From positions 1 to 31,139 of IMG/VR virus record IMGVR_UViG_3300032305_000230: DNA of 31,139 nucleotides. The stretch is one strand, 5' to 3'. The notes beneath the pieces are model-generated. The model saw only the letters and a program-made list of their open reading frames with translations. It did no database searches and was not told where the DNA came from. Within the stretch, counting starts at the first letter, position 1. Every line of letters starts with the position of its first letter. Positions 23,289 through 31,139 of the stretch are shown here, piece after piece. The DNA is from a virus. Taxonomy: Duplodnaviria; Caudoviricetes. Made by a program: the position numbers and the translations under genes.

Positions 23289-25333
23289 TGGCTGATAGAT
23301 ATTGGGTAGGTGGTACAGCATCTTGGGATGGTACAGTAGGTACTAAGTGGTCAGATACGTCTGGCGGTGCTGGCGGTTTTTCTGTTCCTACTACTGCGGA
23401 TGATGTATTTTTTGATGTTGCTTCTGGTGTAGTTACTTGCACGATTGCTACTGGTAACACAGGTGCTAAATCAATTAATTGCACAGGGTTTACTGGAACA
23501 ATTGCAGGTTCAGCAAATATAACTGTAGCTGGCAGCATTACTTTATTTGTTACTCAAACCTATACTTATACAGGAACAGTAACAATCACAGGTACAGGAA
23601 CGCTTACAACTGCTGGAAAAACATTTAATGCAGTAACGATTGATGGAGTTGGAATTACAGTAACACTTGGTGATGCGTTCAATGGTGGAAACATTAGTTT
23701 TATTGTTACTAGAGGTACATTAAATACCAACAACTATGCACTTACTTGTGGTGCATTTCAGTCTTCAAACTCAAACGTTAGAACTATTAATCTTGGCTCA
23801 AGTGTATTAACAATTATTGGCGGTTCAGGTGAGGTATTACAATTTACAACTGCTACAAACTTAACATTTAATGCTGGAACATCACAAATTAATGTTCAAG
23901 GTAGCAATATTAATATTCAGGGTGGAAATTTAACTTTTTACAATCTTAATTTAACAACACAAAATTCTACAAATAGAAATTTGCAGGGAAATAATACTTT
24001 TAACAATTTAACATTTACTACTGGTAGCGCAGGGTTATCTCAAACAAATTTATCTGGCAATCAAACTGTTAATGGCACATTTACCTGTGCAGGAACTTCT
24101 GTTATCTCTAGGGGTTTTGTTCGTTCTGACGCTATTGGTGCAACTAGAACAATAACTGCCAATGCTATTTTAGCTGATGATTGTGATTTCAGAGATATTA
24201 CTTTAGCTGGTGCGGCAGCAGGTGCAAGTCCAACAAGAGCAGGTGATTGTGGTGGAAATAGTGGAATTACATTTCCTGCGGCTAAAACAGTTTATTGGAA
24301 TCTTGCTGGAACACAAAACTTAAACGCTACTGCTTGGGCAACAACTTCAAATGGAAGCCCAGCTATAAATAACTTTCCGCTTGCTCAAGATACAGCAACA
24401 TTTACAAATGATGGTTCAGCAGGAACTGTAAATTTTAATCCAATATACAACATTGGTTCTCTTGATTGTTCTACAAGAACAACTAGCGTATCTCTAAACT
24501 TTAATAATCAAACCAATTTTTATGGTTCATTTACTCTTGGGTCAGGAGTATCCGTTGTAACAGGTGTAGCTACTCAAACCTTTTGTGGTCGTGGCACACA
24601 AACATTTACATCTGCTGCTAAAACAATAATTTTTTCATTTGTAGTTGACAAACCTGCTGGCGCATTTGAATTAGGCGATGCTTTAATTGTAACAAGGAGT
24701 ATCGCACTTACAAGAGGTACATTTAATGCTGCTGGCTATAACTTCACTTGCACAACATTTGATTCTAATAATGCCAATACTAGAACAATTACAATGGGTA
24801 GTGGCTTATGGACATTAAGTGCTACAGGTACTGTATGGAACACAGTCACTACAACAGGGCTTACATTTAATAAAGATTCTGCAAATATATTATTATCAGA
24901 TACATCTACATCGGCAAGAACCTTTTCTGGTGGCTCACTAACATTTAACAAATTAACGATTGGTGGCGCAACAGGAATATCTACAACTACAATTTTTAGT
25001 GCTTCTACATTTAGTGAGCTTGCATCTACAAAAACAGTAGCACATACTATTAGTTTTAATGCTAATCCAATTATAGGCACTTGGTCTGTAACAGGTACAT
25101 CAGGAAATGTAGTTACAGTAAATAGTAGTTCAGTAGGAACAAGACGAACAATTAATCTAACAAACGCTACTACTGGAATTGACTATTTAAGCGTTAAAGA
25201 CATTGGTGTTAGCACTATAAATAAGTTTTATGTTGGTGCAAATTCTACTGATAGCGGTAACAACCTAAATGTGTATTTTATTGCAGCACCAACAAGTGGA
25301 GTAAATAGTAACTTTTTCTTTTTATTTGGATAA
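23288..25333 (+). CDS. Adhesin-like beta-helix virion protein (681 aa)
   Basis: RYWVGG...W...SGG....VPT..DDV.FD start, echoed near aa 335 (VYW...W.TTS.G.....P.AQD.A.F); Thr/Gly/Asn-rich. Confidence 0.7.
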   Translation: MADRYWVGGTASWDGTVGTKWSDTSGGAGGFSVPTTADDVFFDVASGVVTCTIATGNTGAKSINCTGFTGTIAGSANITVAGSITLFVTQTYTYTGTVTITGTGTLTTAGKTFNAVTIDGVGITVTLGDAFNGGNISFIVTRGTLNTNNYALTCGAFQSSNSNVRTINLGSSVLTIIGGSGEVLQFTTATNLTFNAGTSQINVQGSNINIQGGNLTFYNLNLTTQNSTNRNLQGNNTFNNLTFTTGSAGLSQTNLSGNQTVNGTFTCAGTSVISRGFVRSDAIGATRTITANAILADDCDFRDITLAGAAAGASPTRAGDCGGNSGITFPAAKTVYWNLAGTQNLNATAWATTSNGSPAINNFPLAQDTATFTNDGSAGTVNFNPIYNIGSLDCSTRTTSVSLNFNNQTNFYGSFTLGSGVSVVTGVATQTFCGRGTQTFTSAAKTIIFSFVVDKPAGAFELGDALIVTRSIALTRGTFNAAGYNFTCTTFDSNNANTRTITMGSGLWTLSATGTVWNTVTTTGLTFNKDSANILLSDTSTSARTFSGGSLTFNKLTIGGATGISTTTIFSASTFSELASTKTVAHTISFNANPIIGTWSVTGTSGNVVTVNSSSVGTRRTINLTNATTGIDYLSVKDIGVSTINKFYVGANSTDSGNNLNVYFIAAPTSGVNSNFFFLFG

Positions 25334-25338
25334 ATATT

Positions 25339-25605
25339 ATGGCACTATTAAAATCAGTAAACACAACATTTGGAATTGATGCAACTTATTGGAACATCTT
25401 TTCTATTACAGAGGACTTTAAGAATAAAAATCTTGAAGTGGTTATCAACGGCTATGTAAGCAAAGAAGTGCGTGACGAAAATCACAATCCTGTTGCATGG
25501 CAGAACCTAACATTTACAGGCGATGAATATATTAAAGATGCCACTCGTGAAGCTGTGTATTTGGCATTAAAAGCTAAAGACTTTTCTGATGCTACGGATG
25601 CTTAA
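25339..25605 (+). CDS. Fibre-associated / assembly protein
   Basis: MAL.K...T.FG..A.YW.I...Y.ALK...F..A.DA pattern; follows the fibre genes. Confidence 0.6.
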   Translation: MALLKSVNTTFGIDATYWNIFSITEDFKNKNLEVVINGYVSKEVRDENHNPVAWQNLTFTGDEYIKDATREAVYLALKAKDFSDATDA

Positions 25606-25946
25606 TGGATAACATAAATCTTGATACTCGCAAGAGTATGGGTAAAAGAAAAGATAATTCTGAAAAAGGCATGGGATATTTTGGCCCAATGAAACGCCCA
25701 GATGGTGGAATTTCTACAGAAATAAGTATTGGAACAAATATTGGGGGAAAAGAAGTTGATATTCCTTTGATGGTTCCTACATTAGAAACTAAAGAACTTA
25801 AATACTTATTAGACACGCCTGTAGATAGCAAATCATTTATGCAAAACATGCCACAGACTATTATTAAAAAAGCGGTTGAACATGCCAACATGAGAATGAA
25901 AATGGGCAAGTCTCCATTTAAAATGGCTGATGAGGAGTTTGAATGA
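25605..25946 (+). CDS. Phage hypothetical protein
   Basis: KG.GYFG...STEISI...IPL.VPTL...HA..R...GKSPF pattern. Confidence 0.65.
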   Translation: MDNINLDTRKSMGKRKDNSEKGMGYFGPMKRPDGGISTEISIGTNIGGKEVDIPLMVPTLETKELKYLLDTPVDSKSFMQNMPQTIIKKAVEHANMRMKMGKSPFKMADEEFE

Positions 25947-26218
25947 TGCAACTAGACGGATGGGAAGGACTAGAATCACAGCAAACAGACATTCGTGATG
26001 TCGAGCAAGCGCGTGAAGATTTAAGTAAGCTATGCCATCGAGTGTTAGCATCTAACGAAGAAGGTAAAAAATTAATGGAATGGTTACGCCAAACCATATT
26101 AGAGCATCCTGTAGCCGTGCCAGGAGCTGACCCTAGCTTTGCATTTTATCGTGAGGGTCAATGTAGCGTTGTACGGGATTTGGAATATCGCATAAAACAA
26201 GCAAAGGAACTTAAATGA
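25943..26218 (+). CDS. Bbp19-like protein
   Basis: EGKKLMEWL...FYREGQCSVV pattern; directly upstream of the scaffold. Confidence 0.75.
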   Translation: MMQLDGWEGLESQQTDIRDVEQAREDLSKLCHRVLASNEEGKKLMEWLRQTILEHPVAVPGADPSFAFYREGQCSVVRDLEYRIKQAKELK

Positions 26219-26988
26219 CCGAAGAAAATAACCAACCCCAAGCTGAGGAAAAAGTCAGCGAAGGCTTATTGGATAACGCTTCATTTGAAAGTCAGCAAGA
26301 AGTAGATACAAACAAGACAGAAATTAGTCATCTACAAGCACCAGAGGATGACAGCCCTCTTGAGCGACCAGATTGGTGGCCTGAGAATTTCTGGAAGAAG
26401 GATGATGCAGAGCCTGACCTTGAAGCTATTGCAAAGTCATGGACAGATTTACGTAAGCAGATTAGTCAAGGTAAACATAAAGCCCCAGAAGATGGCAACT
26501 ATGATTTATCTGCATTTGGTAACACACCAGAAGATGACCCTGTTCGCCAACACGTTGCAGGCTGGGCTAAAGAGTATGGTGTAAGCCAGGTTGCTCTTGA
26601 TGCGCTAGTAAGCAAAGTCGTTGAGATGGGCGGAGAGCAAGTAGAACAAGTTAAATTTAGTGCTGCTGCTGAGAAGAAAGCCCTTGGCCCTAATGCTGAT
26701 TCAATCATTCGTGGCATGACAGAATGGGGTGCAGGCTTAGTCAACAAAGGCATTTGGGGTAAGGATGACTTTGAAGAATTTAAAATCATGGGCGGTACAG
26801 CCAATGGTATTAAAGCGCTAATGAAACTTCGTGAGTCTTATGAAGGTCGAATCCCTACGCACTCAGCTCCTGTTGATGGCGCACCATCTAAAGATGAATT
26901 GATGGGCATGGTTGGAGACCCAAAATACAAGACAGACCCAGCATATCGTGCTAAAGTAGAACGTATGTTTAATCAAGTATTCGGTTAA
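26215..26988 (+). CDS. Capsid scaffolding/assembly protein
   Basis: Acidic, with RPDW.PE.FW and C-terminal DPKY..DPAYR.KVE; upstream of the capsid gene. Confidence 0.8.
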   Translation: MTEENNQPQAEEKVSEGLLDNASFESQQEVDTNKTEISHLQAPEDDSPLERPDWWPENFWKKDDAEPDLEAIAKSWTDLRKQISQGKHKAPEDGNYDLSAFGNTPEDDPVRQHVAGWAKEYGVSQVALDALVSKVVEMGGEQVEQVKFSAAAEKKALGPNADSIIRGMTEWGAGLVNKGIWGKDDFEEFKIMGGTANGIKALMKLRESYEGRIPTHSAPVDGAPSKDELMGMVGDPKYKTDPAYRAKVERMFNQVFG

Positions 26989-27009
26989 GCATATTCTCCA
27001 ATAGACTTT

Positions 27010-27034
27010 TACCCACTTCGGTGGGTATTTTTTT
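27010..27034 (+). terminator. Intrinsic terminator after the scaffold gene
   Basis: TACCCAC-TTCG-GTGGGTA followed by T7. Confidence 0.9.
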
Positions 27035-27075
27035 GCCTGCTTAATAAATATTTTTAATTAAACTGGCAAAGTCTA

Positions 27076-27104
27076 TTGTATTTATTTATTAAGTATGGTA
27101 TAAA
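27076..27104 (+). promoter_or_regulatory. Putative promoter for the capsid operon
   Basis: TTGTAT-N17-TATAAA with an extended TG. Confidence 0.55.
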
Positions 27105-27245
27105 GCGCATACGGCATATCACATTGTGACCCGTAATTCAAGTAAACTTGACGAATGGCTGACGTAAATAGCAAGCAAAGGCCCGTTATTCGACGGCACA
27201 CCACAGCACAAAACTTTATTTTAATTCGTTATCAGGAGATACAAA

Positions 27246-28091
27246 ATGAGTATTGCATTGTCAAATGCTTTTGTAACCCTCTTTGACGCAGAAGTTAAAC
27301 AAGCATACCAAGGTAAAGCAATGTTGGTAGGTGCTGTACGTCAGCGTCGTGGGGTTGAAGGTTCTACAGTTAAATTTCCAAAAGTAGGTCGTGGCGTTGC
27401 TACACCTCGTATTGGTCAAACAGATGTTACACCATTAAACGTTGGTTTTTCTAACGTTACTTTAACATTGGAAGATTGGATTGCTGCTGAATACAGCGAC
27501 ATTTTCAGTCAACAAAAAGTAAACTTTGATGAGCGTTCAGAGCTTGTTCAAGTGCTAGGTAATGCTATTGGTCGTCGTCAAGACCAATTGGTATTAAGCG
27601 CATTGGCAAACTCAGGCACATCATTATCAGTTGGCAACGACGTTGGTGCTACTGACTCTAACATGAACGTAGCTAAACTTCGTCAAGCTAAAGGCTTGTT
27701 GGACAAAAACAACGTTCCACCTATGGACAGACATATTGTTATCCACTCAAATGGCTTGCAATCATTATTGTCAGAAACTGCTGTAACTAGCTCTGACTTT
27801 AATACTGTTAAAGCACTTGTTGCTGGTGAACTTGATACATTCTTGGGTTTCCAATTCCATGTATTAGGTGACCGTGCAGAAGGTGGCTTGGCAATTGATG
27901 GCAACTTAGACCGTACATGTTTTGCGTTCCACAAAGATGCAATCGGTTATGGCGAAGGTATTGCTCCAAAAACAGAAATCAATTACATCCCAGAAAAAAC
28001 ATCATTCTTGGTTGCATCTATGTTCTCTGCTGGCGCAACTACTATCGATGCCGAAGGTATTGTTTCAATCGTAGCTCGTGAAACAGCTTAA
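27246..28091 (+). CDS. Major capsid protein
   Basis: AFVT.F..EV..AYQ, V.FP.VG, A.GR..DQ and FLGF.F motifs; RBS AGGAG; follows the scaffold. Confidence 0.9.
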   Translation: MSIALSNAFVTLFDAEVKQAYQGKAMLVGAVRQRRGVEGSTVKFPKVGRGVATPRIGQTDVTPLNVGFSNVTLTLEDWIAAEYSDIFSQQKVNFDERSELVQVLGNAIGRRQDQLVLSALANSGTSLSVGNDVGATDSNMNVAKLRQAKGLLDKNNVPPMDRHIVIHSNGLQSLLSETAVTSSDFNTVKALVAGELDTFLGFQFHVLGDRAEGGLAIDGNLDRTCFAFHKDAIGYGEGIAPKTEINYIPEKTSFLVASMFSAGATTIDAEGIVSIVARETA

Positions 28092-28103
28092 GGAGAATAG
28101 ATA

Positions 28104-28382
28104 ATGGCTTATTCAGCAATTGGTTTTTCAACCGTAGCAGCTTCTAAAGCTGGTAACTCACCTGCAATTTATGCGTACAAGACTGCTGATGCAGTTGCAG
28201 ATGTTAATACAACTGGTTACTTCAACGCTCTTTCTACAACATTAAGCGTAGGTGATTTGATTTATGCAGTAACATCAACAGGCACTACTGCTGTTGCTAC
28301 TTTACTTTATGTTCTTTCTAACGCTTCTGGCGTTGTTGACGTAAATGATGGTACAACACTAGCTAATACTGATGGTGATTAA
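28104..28382 (+). CDS. Capsid decoration/cement-like protein
   Basis: Y.T.D....V...GYFN......L..GD.I pattern; RBS AAGGAG; shares a terminator with the capsid gene. Confidence 0.6.
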   Translation: MAYSAIGFSTVAASKAGNSPAIYAYKTADAVADVNTTGYFNALSTTLSVGDLIYAVTSTGTTAVATLLYVLSNASGVVDVNDGTTLANTDGD

Positions 28383-28395
28383 TAAGTAAGAAACT

Positions 28396-28430
28396 AGCTA
28401 CCCTGCTCAAAAGGTGGGGTAGCTTTTATT
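28396..28430 (+). terminator. Intrinsic terminator after the capsid genes
   Basis: AGCTACCCTGCT-CAAAA-GGTGGGGTAGCT followed by TTTATT. Confidence 0.8.
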
Positions 28431-28446
28431 ATATGTAGAGGATAAT

Positions 28447-29061
28447 ATGGCATCTGGTGATTCTGGAGTTTCAATCTGTTCTGACGCATTGCTAATGCTA
28501 GGGGCAAAGCCAATCTCATCTTTTACCGAAGGCACAGACGAAGCCTCTATTTGTGACCGCCTATACCCAGACATTCGTGACCAAGCTCTAATGATTTACC
28601 CTTGGAGTTTCTCATTTAAAAAGACGCAACTCGCGCAATTAGTAACTACCCCAACAAACGAATACAAGTATGAGTATCAATTGCCTGCTGATAGGCTTGG
28701 CGCACCACGCGCTGTATATTCATCTAATGGCCTAAATGAAATGCCAATGGTCAACTATCGTATTATGGGTGCAAAGTTATTAACTAATGAAACAATCGTG
28801 TATGTTGATTATCAATACTACACGCCTGAGACTGAGATGCCTGTGTGGTTTATTCAGCTTCTTAAATACTTAGTTGCATGGCATATCTCTATCCCTATTA
28901 CTGACCAAACAGAAAAGGCTGCTTATTGGCAAAGCGTAGCCGTTGGTTCTCCTGGTGAGAATGGTCGTGGTGGTTATATGCGTACAGCAATGAATATTGA
29001 TGGGCAAAATCAGCCAGCCAATAGCATTAAAGACTTCTCACTAATTTCTGTAAGAGGATAG
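28447..29061 (+). CDS. Tail tubular protein A (T7 gp11-like adaptor)
   Basis: IC..AL..LGA..I.S..E, YPWSF and Y.LP.D motifs. Confidence 0.85.
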   Translation: MASGDSGVSICSDALLMLGAKPISSFTEGTDEASICDRLYPDIRDQALMIYPWSFSFKKTQLAQLVTTPTNEYKYEYQLPADRLGAPRAVYSSNGLNEMPMVNYRIMGAKLLTNETIVYVDYQYYTPETEMPVWFIQLLKYLVAWHISIPITDQTEKAAYWQSVAVGSPGENGRGGYMRTAMNIDGQNQPANSIKDFSLISVRG

Positions 29062-29064
29062 TAA

Positions 29065-31139
29065 ATGGCTCGTTTTGTTACAATGCAAACGAACTTCACG
29101 GCTGGTGAGCTAGACCCTCTTATCCGCGCACGTAATGATTTGAAGTCATACGGCAATGCTTTAGAAAAAGCAACTAATATCATATGTCAACCTCAAGGTG
29201 GCATTACTCGTCGTAGTGGTACACGTTACATTATGTCTTTGCCAAACGCAGGAGCAGACTCTGCTGGTAATGGCGTTCGCTTAGTTCCATTTGAGTTTTC
29301 TACATCTGATAGCTACATGCTGTGTTTTACGCATAATCGGATGCACATATTTAAGAATGGCGCATTAGTTACTAACATTAATGCGACAGGCAATTCTTAC
29401 TTAGTCACAAGTATTACATCTGCAATGTTAGACGAATTATGCTGGACACAATCTGCTGATACATTAATTGCCGTTCATCAAGACTTAGCCCCAGTAAAAA
29501 TTGTGCGTGGCGCAAATGATGCGTCATGGACAGCAACAACTATTGCATTTGATAGCACAGCAAAATATGCGTTTACATTAGGATATAGAAATCCACCAGG
29601 AACATTAACGCCATCTATTGTAACGGGTAAAATTACACTTACTGCATCACAGGCCGTAGTTACTGGCACAGCTCAGGCTGGCTCAACATCTACTACAATT
29701 AAATTGGCAGCCGCAGCCTCTGCTACTGATGATGCTTACACAGCAATGTATGTCACTATTACTGGTGGTACTGGCTCTGGTCAAACAAAACTTATTACAG
29801 ATTATGTTGGCTCGACAAAAGTTGCAACAGTAAATTCTGCTTGGACAACAACGCCAGATGCAACTTCAACCTACTCATTGGCTGTATTTAATTCTTTATT
29901 AGAAGGCCAGTATATTAATGCTACGCCACAAGGCAGAGCAAAGATTGTGCAATACGTAAGTGGCACAGTAGTCAATGCTGTAACTGAATTTCCATTTTTT
30001 GACTTAACAGCAATTCCTAATCAAAGTTGGGAAATTGAAAGTGGTTATGAACCTGTATGGTCAAGCACTCGTGGTTATCCTCGTACCGTAACATTCCATC
30101 AAGGGCGCTTATATTTTGGTGGAAGTAAAACTAGACCCTCTACCATTTGGGGTAGTCGTGTAGGTCAGTTCTTTGACTTTGAAGCGTCAGAAGGTTTTGC
30201 TGACGATGCCGTAGAAGCAACACTAGATACCAATACATTTAACGCGATTACAGATATTATCTCTGGTCGTGACTTACAAATCTTTACGACTGGTGGTGAG
30301 TTCTATGTACCACAACAAGGTCTTGAGCCTATTACCCCAGCATCGTTCTTTGTAAACACAGCAGGGCGCAATGGTAGTAAGCCAGGCGTTCGTGTTCAGT
30401 TACTAGACGCAGGCACATTATTTGTTCAGCGCCAAGGAAAGTCATTAAGCGAAGTTTCATTTAGCGATACGCAACTTACGTATGTTACTAGCAAGATTTC
30501 ATTATTATCAGGGCATTTGCTTAAAGCACCAAAACGCATGGCATTGCGTAAAGCAGTAGATACTGATGAAAATGACTTGTTACTTATTTCTAATGCTACA
30601 GATGGAACAATTGCCGCTTACTCATTATTGAGAGCTGAGAACGTTATTGCCCCATCAGAGTTTATTACAAATGGCGGTGAGTTTTTAGATGTTAGTGTAG
30701 ACATTACTGATATTTATACTGTAGTAAAACGCACTATTAATAGTACGGTTCAATACTATGTAGAAAAGTTTGAGCATGGGTTATTAACTGATTGCTCTAA
30801 AACAGGCGGAGCAGTATCATCATTAACAGCTACACATTTAGCCGCTAAGACAGTAAATCTTTTACTTGATGGGTTGGTTCAAGCTGATACAGTTGTTGCG
30901 GCTGGTGGCTCCGTAACGCTTCCTAGAGCGTCTACAACAAGTTATCAGGTAGGATTACCCATTGCTATTGAAGCTAGAACAATGCCAGTTGATATTAAAC
31001 TGCAAACTGGTACGCGAGTTGGCTTTAAGAAACGTATTGTAGAAGTTAATGCGCTAGTGTTAGAAACTCAGCACATGAAGATTAATGGCGTTGAAGTTCC
31101 GTTTAGAACATTTGATACTGCTAATATATTAGATGCTGA
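29065..31139 (+). CDS. Tail tubular protein B (T7 gp12-like nozzle), 3'-truncated
   Basis: MARFVTMQTNFTAGELDP...PQGGITRRSGT and GYPRTVTFHQGRLYFGG; the frame is still open at the window end, so it is absent from the ORF track. Confidence 0.9.
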   Translation, partial: MARFVTMQTNFTAGELDPLIRARNDLKSYGNALEKATNIICQPQGGITRRSGTRYIMSLPNAGADSAGNGVRLVPFEFSTSDSYMLCFTHNRMHIFKNGALVTNINATGNSYLVTSITSAMLDELCWTQSADTLIAVHQDLAPVKIVRGANDASWTATTIAFDSTAKYAFTLGYRNPPGTLTPSIVTGKITLTASQAVVTGTAQAGSTSTTIKLAAAASATDDAYTAMYVTITGGTGSGQTKLITDYVGSTKVATVNSAWTTTPDATSTYSLAVFNSLLEGQYINATPQGRAKIVQYVSGTVVNAVTEFPFFDLTAIPNQSWEIESGYEPVWSSTRGYPRTVTFHQGRLYFGGSKTRPSTIWGSRVGQFFDFEASEGFADDAVEATLDTNTFNAITDIISGRDLQIFTTGGEFYVPQQGLEPITPASFFVNTAGRNGSKPGVRVQLLDAGTLFVQRQGKSLSEVSFSDTQLTYVTSKISLLSGHLLKAPKRMALRKAVDTDENDLLLISNATDGTIAAYSLLRAENVIAPSEFITNGGEFLDVSVDITDIYTVVKRTINSTVQYYVEKFEHGLLTDCSKTGGAVSSLTATHLAAKTVNLLLDGLVQADTVVAAGGSVTLPRASTTSYQVGLPIAIEARTMPVDIKLQTGTRVGFKKRIVEVNALVLETQHMKINGVEVPFRTFDTANILDA

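Noticed and set aside
21444-25080. Long minus-strand ORFs (21444-21968, 22143-22610, 23278-23538, 24736-25080)
   Set aside because: Antisense shadows of repetitive Thr/Gly/Ala-rich fibre genes, lying inside a + strand operon.
1-31139. Prophage boundaries, integrase or alternative genetic code
   Set aside because: No recombinase or host genes were seen, and genes are intact with the standard code, using all three stop codons.

Overview
This window is about 31 kb of a dsDNA tailed-phage genome with podovirus-type structural genes, cut through a virion-protein gene at both ends. On the + strand, 1-6936 holds the end of a large internal virion protein, tail fibre genes, a lysis cassette, a metallophosphoesterase and a 23-codon pqqA gene that the ORF track missed. 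Next come a leftward recombination operon (SSB, YqaJ exonuclease, DUF1071/Sak annealase), a rightward lambdoid replication module (DUF1376 initiator with an internal iteron origin, putative helicase loader) and a leftward cluster of small early genes. An intergenic region at ~14.0-14.45 kb holds a promoter-driven, densely base-paired ~230-nt candidate ncRNA. The late operon follows: RHH regulator, RusA, terminase, portal, a ~5 kb inserted fibre/adhesin cassette, scaffold, major capsid and tail tube A/B. The PqqA peptide (MWTKPTATEMRFGFEVTMYVMNK) points to a methylotrophic betaproteobacterial host, probably Methylophilaceae (inference). The strongest leads are the phage-borne PQQ precursor gene and the large structured RNA; several smaller RNA/DNA motifs also merit checking. 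No integrase, DNA/RNA polymerase, tRNA, CRISPR array or reverse transcriptase was seen. All family calls come from motif recognition by eye, not from database searches.
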